Part shown: positions 39,502-49,140 of the stretch, piece after piece
How positions within the stretch are numbered: position 1 is the first letter of the stretch
Layout: the number at the start of each line of letters is the position of its first letter
From: an uncultured bacterium
GTDB lineage: Bacteria > Chloroflexota > UBA5177 > JANWHV01
Length of the DNA: 64,000 nucleotides
Assembly: GCA_963729625.1 (NCBI GenBank)
Contig: CAVSOU010000011.1
Coordinates: 192,001 to 256,000 of the forward strand
Direction: 5' to 3'
Position numbers and translations under genes: made by a program
Notes under the pieces: generated by a model
What the model was told of the DNA's origin: nothing
Seen by the model: only the letters and a program-made list of their open reading frames with translations
Database searches by the model: none

Positions 39502-41088
39502 CTAACTGCAATTGTCCTGTTTGCCCCTGGCGACATAGAGTTGACTCACCGCGTCGTGATAGACGAGCGACCATCCGGGCGTGCGCCGCAACACCCCTGC
39601 GATACCTGCGTCCGGCTCAATCAGGGCGTAGCACAGGCGATTGGTGGCGAACAGTGATTTCCACGAGTCATGACCTTCCCAGGCCTGAATATAGTCGTTC
39701 ATGAACGTGTCGCCATACATGTCGGGCCGCCCATCGACGAAGACCTGACGCCGTGGATACGAGTTCCAGATGAGGAACCCACCCCAGTTGTAGTAGTCAA
39801 GACCTCTCTCAGGGACGCTATGTGTATCCATATAATGCAGCGCGCCAACCGGATACATTGTAGCCACCGCGCGTTGCTGACTGGTGTCGCTCAACTTGCC
39901 GGCACTCGAAATAGCAATCATCAGCGCAATGGCGATCACGACGACCAGGTTGACCATGGCTCTGCCCTGTGGTGGTGGCTTCAGGGCGCGCGCTCGCCGG
40001 TACTGATCGGGCAGCGCCGCGACCACGAGCTCGGCGATGATCGGCGCGGCCACCACGGCGAATAGACTGATGTTCCGGACAGACTCGAAGGCAAGATACA
40101 GAAAAGGTAGAACGATTGCGACATCCGCAAGACCCGCCCTGCGCGGTCCAGCCAGTGCGGCGACCAGCAGAAGGAGTACAAGCGCCTCGAAGATCAGGTA
40201 CTGCGCTTGGTGAAAGTCAGGCGAAACCCACTCGGCAATGTAGCGGGTCGACGCGTTATTGCCCAGGTATGACAGTGGATACAAGGCCCCGGTCAAGCCA
40301 TTTGGGTTGAGCAAGGTTGCCACGGTCGCGAGCCCGAGAGTCCGGCAGCACTGCGGGATGCTTGCTGCCGGGTGGTCTTCTCGGCTGCGTGTGGCGCCGT
40401 TCTCGGTTGGCGATGTCCGCGCTGTCGCCCAACGCAAGTGATCCGCGAGTGCGTAGGCCCCGGTTGCAAGGAACAGCAGCGCGAGTCCGAAGATGAAACC
40501 TCCGTGGATATTGACCCAGGGGACCATGACGGCAGCCATCCAGAGAGGCGGCGACGGCAATCGGCGCACGATCATGCGTGTGATGCCGAGCCCGAACACG
40601 GCCATCAGGAAAAGCGAGATCATTTGCGGCCTGGTGCCCCAGGTATGCGCCGAAGCCAATGCAGCCAGGAGTACGATCGCGGCGCTCACGTAGGCGGGTG
40701 CGCCTCGCTCGCGAGCAGTGGCGTAGACGACTGCGAACGTAAGCGTGATGACGCATGCGGTGGCGAGCATCAACAGTCGAAAGCCGCCGAGACTCCAGCC
40801 GCCATAGAACAACAGCTCGGTCACCCATTCGTGCGTGATCCAGACATGATCGCGGACAGTCAGTGAGAAGAGGTCATGATGCGGAATGACACCCGTCGTG
40901 GCCATGTAGCGGCCGGTCGCGAGATGCCACCAGAAATCCGGGTCGTTCACCGGCTTCAACGCCACCGCGAAGATGGTCAGGAAGGCGCAGGCAACGGCAA
41001 CGCCGCCGAGGCTAAGGCGCGCGATCGCGTGCCTCTCTCGGCCAGGCGCAAGAATATGCTCGGCATGATACACGGCGCTGTCGGCCAC
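39502..41088 (-). CDS. Polytopic membrane protein, GT-C-like
   Basis: Motifs DPDFWWHLATG, HEWVTE, WVNIHGGF, I.EW and FVDGRPDMY. Confidence 0.6.
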   Translation of the reverse strand: MADSAVYHAEHILAPGRERHAIARLSLGGVAVACAFLTIFAVALKPVNDPDFWWHLATGRYMATTGVIPHHDLFSLTVRDHVWITHEWVTELLFYGGWSLGGFRLLMLATACVITLTFAVVYATARERGAPAYVSAAIVLLAALASAHTWGTRPQMISLFLMAVFGLGITRMIVRRLPSPPLWMAAVMVPWVNIHGGFIFGLALLFLATGAYALADHLRWATARTSPTENGATRSREDHPAASIPQCCRTLGLATVATLLNPNGLTGALYPLSYLGNNASTRYIAEWVSPDFHQAQYLIFEALVLLLLVAALAGPRRAGLADVAIVLPFLYLAFESVRNISLFAVVAAPIIAELVVAALPDQYRRARALKPPPQGRAMVNLVVVIAIALMIAISSAGKLSDTSQQRAVATMYPVGALHYMDTHSVPERGLDYYNWGGFLIWNSYPRRQVFVDGRPDMYGDTFMNDYIQAWEGHDSWKSLFATNRLCYALIEPDAGIAGVLRRTPGWSLVYHDAVSQLYVARGKQDNCS

Positions 41089-41197
41089 GCGATCTCCGGT
41101 TGGACAGATCGAGCTGGAATGCGCGAGCCCAGGGCCGCGCTTGGCTCAGTCTAATCCGTCGAGCCACGCGCTTCAATAGGTCGAGAGGTTAGAACGG

Positions 41198-42283
41198 TCA
41201 GACCGTGCCGGTGCCGGCCGCGCCTACAACGCCACCGCGTGCAAGCATGTCCGCCATCAGGGCGGTCGACTCCTCAGCCCGATGGCAGGCCACGAGGTGA
41301 CCGGTTCGCAACTCACGGAACTCGGGCTCCTCACTCGCGCAGCGATCGATGACCAGAGGACACCGCGTCCGGAAGTGACAGCCGCTTGGCGGATTGATCG
41401 GGCTGGGTACGTCACCCTGAAGCACGATCCGGTTCCTGCGGACCAGTGGATCCGGATTGGGAATCGCGGAAAGGAGGGCCTTCGTGTACGGGTGCAGCGG
41501 ATTCTTGTAGAGCTCATCGCCGGCGGCAAGCTCGGCCATCTTGCCCAGATACATGACGCCGACACGATCGGACAGGTATTCGACTACGGAGAGATCGTGC
41601 GCGATGAACAGGTAGGTGAGCCCGAACTCGTTCTGCAGGTCCTCGAGCAGATTGAGCACCTGGCTCTGTACGCTGACGTCGAGCGCGCTTACAGGCTCGT
41701 CGCACACAATAAACTTGGGGCGCAATGCCAGGGCGCGGGCCACGCCGATACGCTGCCGCTGGCCACCGCTGAACTCGTGCGGATAGCGTCGAACGTACTC
41801 CTTGCGCAGTCCCACCACGCTGAGGAAGTACTGTACGGTCTTTTCGCGCTCTCTCCGATCGTGCATGCCGTGCACGCGCAAGCCCTCGCCGATGATGTCG
41901 CCGACGGGCATGCGGGGATTGAGCGACGAGTACGGATCCTGGAAGATGATCTGCATGTCACGGCGCCGAGCCTTCATCGAGGATGCGCTCAACCCCAGGA
42001 CGTTCTGCCCTTCGAACACAACCTCGCCGCTGGTCGCCTTCTGCAGCCGCAGGATCGTGCGCCCGGTCGTCGTCTTGCCGCAGCCGCTTTCGCCGACAAG
42101 ACCAAATGTCTCACCACGCTTGATGTCAAAGGAGACGCCGTCAACAGCCTTGACCTCCCCGACCTTTCGGCGGAGCACCCCACCCAGAATCGGGAAGTAG
42201 GTGCGCAGCTGACGAACGCTCAGCAACACCTCGTCACTTTCGCTACTCGTGTGAGTAGTCGCACGTTCGGCAGTCTGCTGCAT
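41198..42283 (-). CDS. oppF: Oligopeptide ABC transporter ATPase OppF/DppF
   Basis: Motifs [25 protein letters not shown] and PPSGC.F..RCP. Confidence 0.9.
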   Translation of the reverse strand: MQQTAERATTHTSSESDEVLLSVRQLRTYFPILGGVLRRKVGEVKAVDGVSFDIKRGETFGLVGESGCGKTTTGRTILRLQKATSGEVVFEGQNVLGLSASSMKARRRDMQIIFQDPYSSLNPRMPVGDIIGEGLRVHGMHDRREREKTVQYFLSVVGLRKEYVRRYPHEFSGGQRQRIGVARALALRPKFIVCDEPVSALDVSVQSQVLNLLEDLQNEFGLTYLFIAHDLSVVEYLSDRVGVMYLGKMAELAAGDELYKNPLHPYTKALLSAIPNPDPLVRRNRIVLQGDVPSPINPPSGCHFRTRCPLVIDRCASEEPEFRELRTGHLVACHRAEESTALMADMLARGGVVGAAGTGTV

Positions 42284-42457
42284 GCTGTTCTCTTCTCCGG
42301 CAGTCTGTTCAGTACTTCATTCGATGCCGTGTTAGTCGGGCCTGACACTGCGGTATCAGGGCAGCGCCCGGGGCGACTGTGGTCGCGGTGAGCGTGAGTT
42401 TGCGCCGTTGACGGGCCACCAGCGTCATTAGTGCATAAGTGTACCAGGGAAGCACGC

Positions 42458-43465
42458 TCAATAGAGCCAGCACCTCACCTTGATTCCACCCTCAATCGTC
42501 TTTAGGTCCGGCTCTTTCTCAGTGCAGATGCCCATCACCTGGGAGCATCGGGGCGCAAACGGACAACCTTTGGGCAGGTTGAGCGGACTGGGCACGGTGC
42601 CGGGGATCACGTAGAGCCGTTGGTTCTTGACGCCGAGGCTCGGAATCGAGCTCAGCAAGCCAACAGTATAGGGATGCTTCGGGCTCTTGAGCACGCTGAT
42701 CACGTCGCCCTGCTCCACAACCTTGCCGGTGTACATGACGATGACCTCGTCGGCCATCTCCGCCACAACGCCGATGTCGTGCGTGATCAGCAGAACGGCA
42801 GTGTTCACCTTCGTACGCAGATCTTTGATCAGCTCGAGGATCTGCGCCTGAATGGTCACGTCAAGCGCGGTGGTCGGCTCGTCGGCGATCAGCAGGCTCG
42901 GCTGAAGCGCCAGGGCCATGGCAATCATCACGCGCTGCCGCATTCCACCGCTCATGTTATGCGGGTGATCGTGGATACGCCGTTCGGGCGAAGGGATGCC
43001 GACCATGCGGAACAGGTCGACCACGCGCGTGTCGGCTTCCTTCTTGGACACCTTGCGATGCACGCGTATCGCTTCGCCAACCTGGTTTCCCACGGTGAAG
43101 ACCGGGTTGAGGCTGGTCATCGGTTCCTGAAAGATCATCGAGATGCGGTTGCCGCGAATGTGGCGCATCTGCTCTTCCGACAGCTTCGCCAAATCCTTGC
43201 TGTCGAACATGATCTGTCCACCGGCAATCCAGCCGGGCGGGTCGATCAAGCGCATGATCGAGAGGCTCGTCACGCTCTTGCCGCAGCCCGACTCGCCGAC
43301 CACGCCAAGCGTGCGGCCGGGAGCGATAGCCATGTCCACGCCGTCCACCGCTTTGACGACGCCGTCCATCGTCTTGAAGTAGGTCTTGAGATCGGTCATT
43401 TCCAGCAGGTTGCCGGAGATGTTGCGGCCAGCGCCGGCTTCCCGGGAGTCAACAGAGACGCTAAT
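42458..43465 (-). CDS. oppD: Oligopeptide ABC transporter ATPase OppD/DppD (probable ATT start at 43465)
   Basis: Motifs [15 protein letters not shown] and [17 protein letters not shown]6-ATT is in frame upstream of [12 protein letters not shown]. Confidence 0.88.
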   Translation of the reverse strand: MSVSVDSREAGAGRNISGNLLEMTDLKTYFKTMDGVVKAVDGVDMAIAPGRTLGVVGESGCGKSVTSLSIMRLIDPPGWIAGGQIMFDSKDLAKLSEEQMRHIRGNRISMIFQEPMTSLNPVFTVGNQVGEAIRVHRKVSKKEADTRVVDLFRMVGIPSPERRIHDHPHNMSGGMRQRVMIAMALALQPSLLIADEPTTALDVTIQAQILELIKDLRTKVNTAVLLITHDIGVVAEMADEVIVMYTGKVVEQGDVISVLKSPKHPYTVGLLSSIPSLGVKNQRLYVIPGTVPSPLNLPKGCPFAPRCSQVMGICTEKEPDLKTIEGGIKVRCWLY

Positions 43466-43527
43466 GAGAGAACCTCCTTGGCCACACGGAGTTTACATAA
43501 TGCGAAACATGGGTGAAAGGCATGGTG

Positions 43528-44556
43528 CTAGACCTTCATTCTCACGTCGAGCGCGTCGCTGAGGCCGTCGCCCACGAAATTCACCGCCACGACGGTGAGA
43601 ACCAGGAACACACCGGGCCAGATCGTTACCCACGGCGCCCCGGCGATACCCATTGGATCGGCCTCGGCAAACGAGAGCACCGATCCCCAGCTGGTGTCGG
43701 GGTATTGCAGGCCCACGCCGAGAAAGTCGATTGCCGCTTCCGTAATGATGTTGCCGGCCACGGCGAGTGTCGTGGCAACAAGTATTGGGCGCAGCGCATT
43801 CGGCAGCATGTGCCTGAACATGATGCGTGAGTTGGAGACGCCTACCGCCCGCGCGGCTTCCGTGTACTCCGCTGACCGCAGCGTGAGGAACGAGGCGCGC
43901 AGCAGGCGAGCGATGTAGGCCCAGCCGAAGAAGGCGAGAATGCCGATCACCAGCAGCACCGACGTGTGGCCGCCGCCGACAATTGCCGCCGCCACGAGCA
44001 GGACGGGCAGGAACGGCAGGGCCAGAAAGATGTCCACGAGGCGCATTAGCACCGAATCGACCCAGCCGCCAAAGTAGCCGGCAACCGCGCCGATCACGAC
44101 GCCGAACAGCGACGCGCTGATCGCGGCGCTGAACCCGATCAGCAGCGAGAAGCGTGCGCCGTACATGATCTGCGAGGAGATACTGTGGCCGTTGTAGTCG
44201 GTTCCCATGGCATAGCGCAGTCCCTGAGAGAGAGTGGGCGCCATGTCGGTGAGCAGCAAGTTGGCGGCGTTCGGATCGTAGATATTCTCGGGCGCGAACC
44301 ATTGCGCGGTGATCGCCATCAGCGCCATGAACAGCAGAATGATCGAACCGACCATCGCCAGGCGATGCCGCCGGAATCGCATCCAGGCCAGCTGTAGCTG
44401 AGTGAGCTGCTTGGTCTCGATGCGCTCGAGACTTGACTGCGCGATCTGGGCCGCGCTGGGCCCTGGCGCCGGTGCGCCCAGCACGTTGGGCGTATCCTTC
44501 TCTCCTGCAGCCACGCTGTTCTCCCTCTGAGGGGTATTGCTCGTTCGCTTTGCCAT
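43528..44556 (-). CDS. oppC: Oligopeptide ABC permease OppC
   Basis: Motifs RFRRHRLA, GTDYNG, EAARAVG, RHMLPN and GDGLSDALD. Start is 44556 or 44514. Confidence 0.9.
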   Translation of the reverse strand: MAKRTSNTPQRENSVAAGEKDTPNVLGAPAPGPSAAQIAQSSLERIETKQLTQLQLAWMRFRRHRLAMVGSIILLFMALMAITAQWFAPENIYDPNAANLLLTDMAPTLSQGLRYAMGTDYNGHSISSQIMYGARFSLLIGFSAAISASLFGVVIGAVAGYFGGWVDSVLMRLVDIFLALPFLPVLLVAAAIVGGGHTSVLLVIGILAFFGWAYIARLLRASFLTLRSAEYTEAARAVGVSNSRIMFRHMLPNALRPILVATTLAVAGNIITEAAIDFLGVGLQYPDTSWGSVLSFAEADPMGIAGAPWVTIWPGVFLVLTVVAVNFVGDGLSDALDVRMKV

Positions 44557-44560
44557 CGGA

Positions 44561-45574
44561 CTAGTCGTACCTGATGCGCGGGTCGACCCAGGCGTAGGTG
44601 AGGTCGCCGAGCAGATTGCCAACAAGGACCCCCAGGGCGCTGATCATCAGGAGCGCCTGCAACAGCGGGTAGTCCTGTGCGCCGAGTGCCTCGTAGAACA
44701 GTCTCCCCATACCGGGCCAGCCAAAAATCGTCTCCGTGATGATCGCGCCGCCGACCAGGGCCGGCAGGTTGATCGCGATATTGGTGATAATCGGGAGCAG
44801 CGCGTTGCGCAACGCGTGTTTGAGCACCACGGTCCGTCGCTTGAGTCCCTTCGCACGGGCAGTGCGGATGTAATCCTGGTTGATTACCTCGAGCATGCTG
44901 GCGCGCATGAACCGGCTGTCGTTGGCAACCTGAATGATGGCCAGGACCGCGGCAGGCAGAGCCAGGTGGCGCAGCAGGTCGAGTCCGGCATGAGCGGGGT
45001 GGCCGAAGAAGTACGACCAATAGCCTGTGGCGTTGAACGGGGGAATGTTGGCAGTGTCGCCGATGATGCCGCCGGCAGGCAGCCAACCGGCCCACACTGC
45101 GAAAATCAGGATCAGAATTCCGGAGAGCCAGAACGAAGGCATCGAGAGCCCGATGTAGCTCATCACGGTGAACAGTGTGTCGAAAAACGAGTAGCGGCGC
45201 AACGCGGCGAAGATGCCAAGCGGAATCGCTATGCACTCGGCAATGAGATAGGACAGTCCGCCAAGGAGCAGCGTCGCCGGCATGCGCTCGAGAATCTCCT
45301 GCGAGACCGGCCGGCCCTCGCCGATGCTGAGGCCGAGGTCGCCGTGCGCGACGTTTCCTGCCCACTTGAGATACTGCACCGGCAGCGGTTGGTCCAGGCC
45401 AAGATGCACGATACAGCCATGGTAGCGTTGCTGCTGCGCGACCGTGGCGCCGACCGTCTGCAGCGAGTTACAGGGCCCGCCGGGCGCGATGTGAAGCAGT
45501 ACAAAGAAAAATATCGACAGCCCGAACAATATCAGCAACGTCTGAAGCAGGCGCCTCGCGATGAACGTTCCCAT
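44561..45574 (-). CDS. oppB: Oligopeptide ABC permease OppB
   Basis: Motifs GLDQPLPVQY, QDYIRTARAKG and DPRIRY. Confidence 0.92.
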   Translation of the reverse strand: MGTFIARRLLQTLLILFGLSIFFFVLLHIAPGGPCNSLQTVGATVAQQQRYHGCIVHLGLDQPLPVQYLKWAGNVAHGDLGLSIGEGRPVSQEILERMPATLLLGGLSYLIAECIAIPLGIFAALRRYSFFDTLFTVMSYIGLSMPSFWLSGILILIFAVWAGWLPAGGIIGDTANIPPFNATGYWSYFFGHPAHAGLDLLRHLALPAAVLAIIQVANDSRFMRASMLEVINQDYIRTARAKGLKRRTVVLKHALRNALLPIITNIAINLPALVGGAIITETIFGWPGMGRLFYEALGAQDYPLLQALLMISALGVLVGNLLGDLTYAWVDPRIRYD

Positions 45575-45804
45575 TGATTCCCGTCCCTATCGCTCGGAAG
45601 AGTACTATCTGGCCCGCAAGTGGCGTCCATCCACGACGCGCTCCGGCGGGTACCCCGGCCCGAGGCCGGCCGGACCCTGAACGTACTCCAGTGAGCAATC
45701 CCCCCCACCGAAATGCCCGCGACACACGTTCCCACAGGTTGAGCACGGGACTGTGCGCGAGTATACAAGAAGCATACATACCATTATGACAAAAAGGGCG
45801 TTGA

Positions 45805-45828
45805 CAAGGGGGCGAAGCCGCCCCCTTG
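45805..45828 (-). terminator. Stem-loop after oppA (terminator or mRNA-stabilising hairpin)
   Basis: Perfect 10-bp stem CAAGGGGGCG-aagc-CGCCCCCTTG. A T-run lies about 9 nt downstream on the minus strand. Confidence 0.6.
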
Positions 45829-45850
45829 CCGCGAGCAAAGGCCTGTCAGC

Positions 45851-47707
45851 CTAGGACGACAGGGCTTTCTGGCCGCCGGTGGAGTCGTACCACCATTCAA
45901 ATGCATTCCACTCGTTGCCGGCCTGCGTGGAGTTCGGCTTGAAGTTGCCGATCGTGCCCTTAAAGGCAATGATGTTCGGCCGGTTGTACAACGAGATGTT
46001 GTACGCCTGCTGGATCATGTAGTTCTGATAACTGGAGTAGTCTGCCTGGCGCTTGGCGTTGTCCAGGGTAACGCGCGCGTCCATGAAGAACTGCACCAGC
46101 TTGGGATCCCGTACCTGGATGTAATTCACTCCGTTGGGGCTTGCGGCGCTGCCGATCTGGGAGGGCAGGAAGTTCTGCACTGCCTGGTCGGGGTCGGGGC
46201 TGGTGGTGAAGGCAAACTCCGTGATGTCGAAGAAGTGCCGCGAGAGGATGCCGCCGTCCTGATAGCTGTCGAACAGGCCGTTACCGTTGCTGCCGTACGC
46301 CGGCACGTAGCGGATCTTGATGTTGATGCCGACCTGTCCCCAGATGCGCTGCAACAGCTGGGCGCTGCGGATGCGTGTGGCGTTGTTCGAAGTGGTGAAC
46401 GTCAGACTCAGGTGATTGCCGCTGCTCCCCGGCGAGTTGGCGTAGCCGGCGGCAGCCAGCAGCGATTGAGCCTTGGCCTTGTCAAAGGGGTTGAGCGGAA
46501 GCTGGCCGTTGATCGACCACGGCGAGACGGCCGGAAGCGGCGAGGTCAGGGCGATCTGCTTCCAGTCCTTAACCGCAGGGAATTCGGCGTTCAAGTAGGC
46601 CTGCTTGTTGATGGCGTAGTAGATCGCCTGCCGCACGCGCACGTCCTTGAGGGCAGGATTGCCCGGCGCTGCCTCGTTGATCTCGAGGTGCTCGTAGGAC
46701 AACGCAGGGGACAGCGTGACATTGTACTTGGACTTGTAGAGACTGGCCAGGTCCGTCAGCTGGAAGTCCTCGGCCTTGTCGAGCGAGTTGTACGTATCGC
46801 TGGCCTGCAGAGCCTGCGTAAGAGCGGCTTCGCTCGACGAGACTTCGACAAACTGAATCTTGGCCACGCGCGGGTGGTTAGGATCCGCGGGCAGAATGTT
46901 GTAGTTCGGGTTCGGCACCAGCGTGATGCGCTGACCCGACGTCCAGTCGCCCAGCATGTACGGGCCGTTGAAGACATCCTTGGGCGAGATGTAGCTGTCG
47001 CTCAGCCAGGCGTTGATCAGCTTCTGGAACGACGATCCCTTGTAGCTGCTGCCACTGAAATACGCCGATACGGCAGCGTAGGTGTAGTTGGACAGCAGAT
47101 CACTGGGGAATGTGCCGCCGTACTTGGCCTGGAAATAGTGGACCGGGACAGGCGTCGTCACGTTTGGCAGGCCCGGCTGGCCGTACGACAGGGCCGGCGC
47201 ATACAACCCGCTGTAGGTAATCGCCATGTTGTCGCCGGTGAAGACGATCGACTTGATGCGCGCATATGGGTCAACCTGGTTCACTTCCGGAGCCAGGTCC
47301 AGCAGCAGAGGCGCCACCATGTCCGCGTGGGTGATCGCCTGGCCATCCGACCACTTCATGTTGGGCCTGAGGTTATAGGTGACGACTTCGTTGCCGCTCA
47401 CCTCCTTGATACCGCCGTTGGCGGTGCTCGGCACCTGCGTCACCATGTCGGCGTAGAAATTGCCTTTTGAGTTGAGGCCGAGATAGCTGTCGGCCAGCGC
47501 CCCTACCACCTCGAAGTCGGCGACCGACGCTGCCTGGTTGCCGCCCATGTTGGTCTCAGCCGGGAACTGCCAATCGGTGATGGCGACAGTGCCGGCATAG
47601 CTGGCTTTAGCTGCGGCGGCGTGGGCTGAGCTCACCGGTAGCGTCGTGGCGACGGTTCCCAGCAAGACGAGCGCCGTCGTCAAAACCGCGATTCTCCTAT
47701 GAAGCAT
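45851..47707 (-). CDS. oppA: Peptide ABC transporter substrate-binding protein (family 5)
   Basis: Signal peptide (AHA); motifs LRPNMKWSDG, NGPY, LKDVRVRQAI and KAQSLLAAAG. Confidence 0.88.
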   Translation of the reverse strand: MLHRRIAVLTTALVLLGTVATTLPVSSAHAAAAKASYAGTVAITDWQFPAETNMGGNQAASVADFEVVGALADSYLGLNSKGNFYADMVTQVPSTANGGIKEVSGNEVVTYNLRPNMKWSDGQAITHADMVAPLLLDLAPEVNQVDPYARIKSIVFTGDNMAITYSGLYAPALSYGQPGLPNVTTPVPVHYFQAKYGGTFPSDLLSNYTYAAVSAYFSGSSYKGSSFQKLINAWLSDSYISPKDVFNGPYMLGDWTSGQRITLVPNPNYNILPADPNHPRVAKIQFVEVSSSEAALTQALQASDTYNSLDKAEDFQLTDLASLYKSKYNVTLSPALSYEHLEINEAAPGNPALKDVRVRQAIYYAINKQAYLNAEFPAVKDWKQIALTSPLPAVSPWSINGQLPLNPFDKAKAQSLLAAAGYANSPGSSGNHLSLTFTTSNNATRIRSAQLLQRIWGQVGINIKIRYVPAYGSNGNGLFDSYQDGGILSRHFFDITEFAFTTSPDPDQAVQNFLPSQIGSAASPNGVNYIQVRDPKLVQFFMDARVTLDNAKRQADYSSYQNYMIQQAYNISLYNRPNIIAFKGTIGNFKPNSTQAGNEWNAFEWWYDSTGGQKALSS

Positions 47708-47810
47708 TGAGGCTCCCTCTTCCATATCTGCAAATCAGTGGCGCGTGTAGTGATGCACTGGTTCAGTCCCAACCCCGAACACCTTCGAGCCTGGCGTACG
47801 ATCGCATACG

Positions 47811-48467
47811 TTACATCGGTATTGGTCCATAGCTCGGCGTATACAGTCCCCGCCCAGCATCACCCCCCTTCGATTCAGCGGTCGCCTGCCTCAGCAATTC
47901 GTCCAAGCGATCCGTTGGCAGAAGCTCGGCACCAACTTGACTCAGCGGGACCGCGGAGTCCAGATCATAAGCCACCTCAGAGACCAACAGCGCAGGCACT
48001 TCGTGGCCGCGCACCCTGGCATACTTGACCGGCAGTTTCGCCGAGCATGGACCGCACGGACCGGGCGAGCTCGTTGTGGCGGTGGGAGCGCTAGCCTGAA
48101 ACACACCCGAATGCAGCAGCCCAACGCGGCCCACGAGCAGCGACGTGACGACCAGAAGCGCGGCAATACCGATACCGGCGCGGGCAATCACCGCCGTCAG
48201 CCGCGGGATACCACGGGATCGTCGATAGGCGCGAGCGACGCGCTCGCTCAGATCGGGCGGGACCCAGCGGTCGTCAAGAGCCGATTGGAGGAGCCTTCGG
48301 GTGTTCCGATGCCGTGCGAGCGCCGCCTGGCACCTGCCGCATGTCGCCAGGTGCAACTGCAGGAACTCACGTTGCGCCGGCACGGTCTCCCCATCAGCGT
48401 AGGCGGATACGAGGTCGTCAAACTCAGGGCAGCCCAGCAAGCCTTGCCTCCGTTCGTGCGTCGTCAT
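47811..48467 (-). CDS. ZAS (zf-HC2) anti-sigma factor
   Basis: C...LVSAYADGE...HLATCGRC followed by one transmembrane segment. Confidence 0.85.
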   Translation of the reverse strand: MTTHERRQGLLGCPEFDDLVSAYADGETVPAQREFLQLHLATCGRCQAALARHRNTRRLLQSALDDRWVPPDLSERVARAYRRSRGIPRLTAVIARAGIGIAALLVVTSLLVGRVGLLHSGVFQASAPTATTSSPGPCGPCSAKLPVKYARVRGHEVPALLVSEVAYDLDSAVPLSQVGAELLPTDRLDELLRQATAESKGGDAGRGLYTPSYGPIPM

Positions 48468-48990
48468 AGAGCTCCCGGAACTGTTCTTTGGCCCTGGCGA
48501 TGCGCTTCCGGGCGCCCTCGGGCGTGGTTCCTACGATCTCGGCAACCTCGGCGTAGTTGAAGCCTTCCTTCACGTGCAGCAGCAGACACGCGGCACGATC
48601 TCGCGGCATCCGCATCAACGCATATAGTACTGACTCGCGCTCCATGATCTGATCGTCCGGGGCCGACGAAGCGGCATGTACGCTGTTCTCGAAATCCGAC
48701 AGGCAGTGGACGCGCAGTCGTCCGGCTTTGGTACGCGCCCGCACCGCAAGGCGCGTGGCGATCCGGTAGAGCCAGGCGCTCAAGGCGATCTCGGACCTGA
48801 GAGAATGGATACCGCGGAACGCATTGACGAACGTGTCCTGCGTCAGGTCCATGGCCAGCTCGGGGTCATTGACCAGGCGATTGATGTAGCGCGCGATGCG
48901 CCCTTGATATTGGCGCACGATGGCGTCAAATGGATCGCTTCTCGTGCCGACAACTGCCCAGCCTGCGCTGGTCACGTCCGTGTTGACCAT
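48424..48990 (-). CDS. ECF sigma-70 factor
   Basis: Motifs DLTQDTF, WLYRIA and YAEVAEIVG...RKRIARAK. Confidence 0.9.
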   Translation of the reverse strand: MVNTDVTSAGWAVVGTRSDPFDAIVRQYQGRIARYINRLVNDPELAMDLTQDTFVNAFRGIHSLRSEIALSAWLYRIATRLAVRARTKAGRLRVHCLSDFENSVHAASSAPDDQIMERESVLYALMRMPRDRAACLLLHVKEGFNYAEVAEIVGTTPEGARKRIARAKEQFRELYDDARTEARLAGLP

Positions 48991-49140
48991 ACCCACCCCT
49001 TGACCAAACAACCCCGGCATACTCTACAGAGCCTGTCCAGGGCTCGATCCGGACACCGTGTCGCGAATTTGACGGATATCACGCTCCGGGCAACGATCGC
49101 TGCTCAGTCTCGAGGTCCGCCCGCGGCCGGAAACCAGGGA

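Noticed and set aside
42284-42457. c-di-GMP or ZTP riboswitch in the oppD-oppF spacer
   Set aside because: Only a fragmentary resemblance (GCAAAC); the consensus stems are absent.
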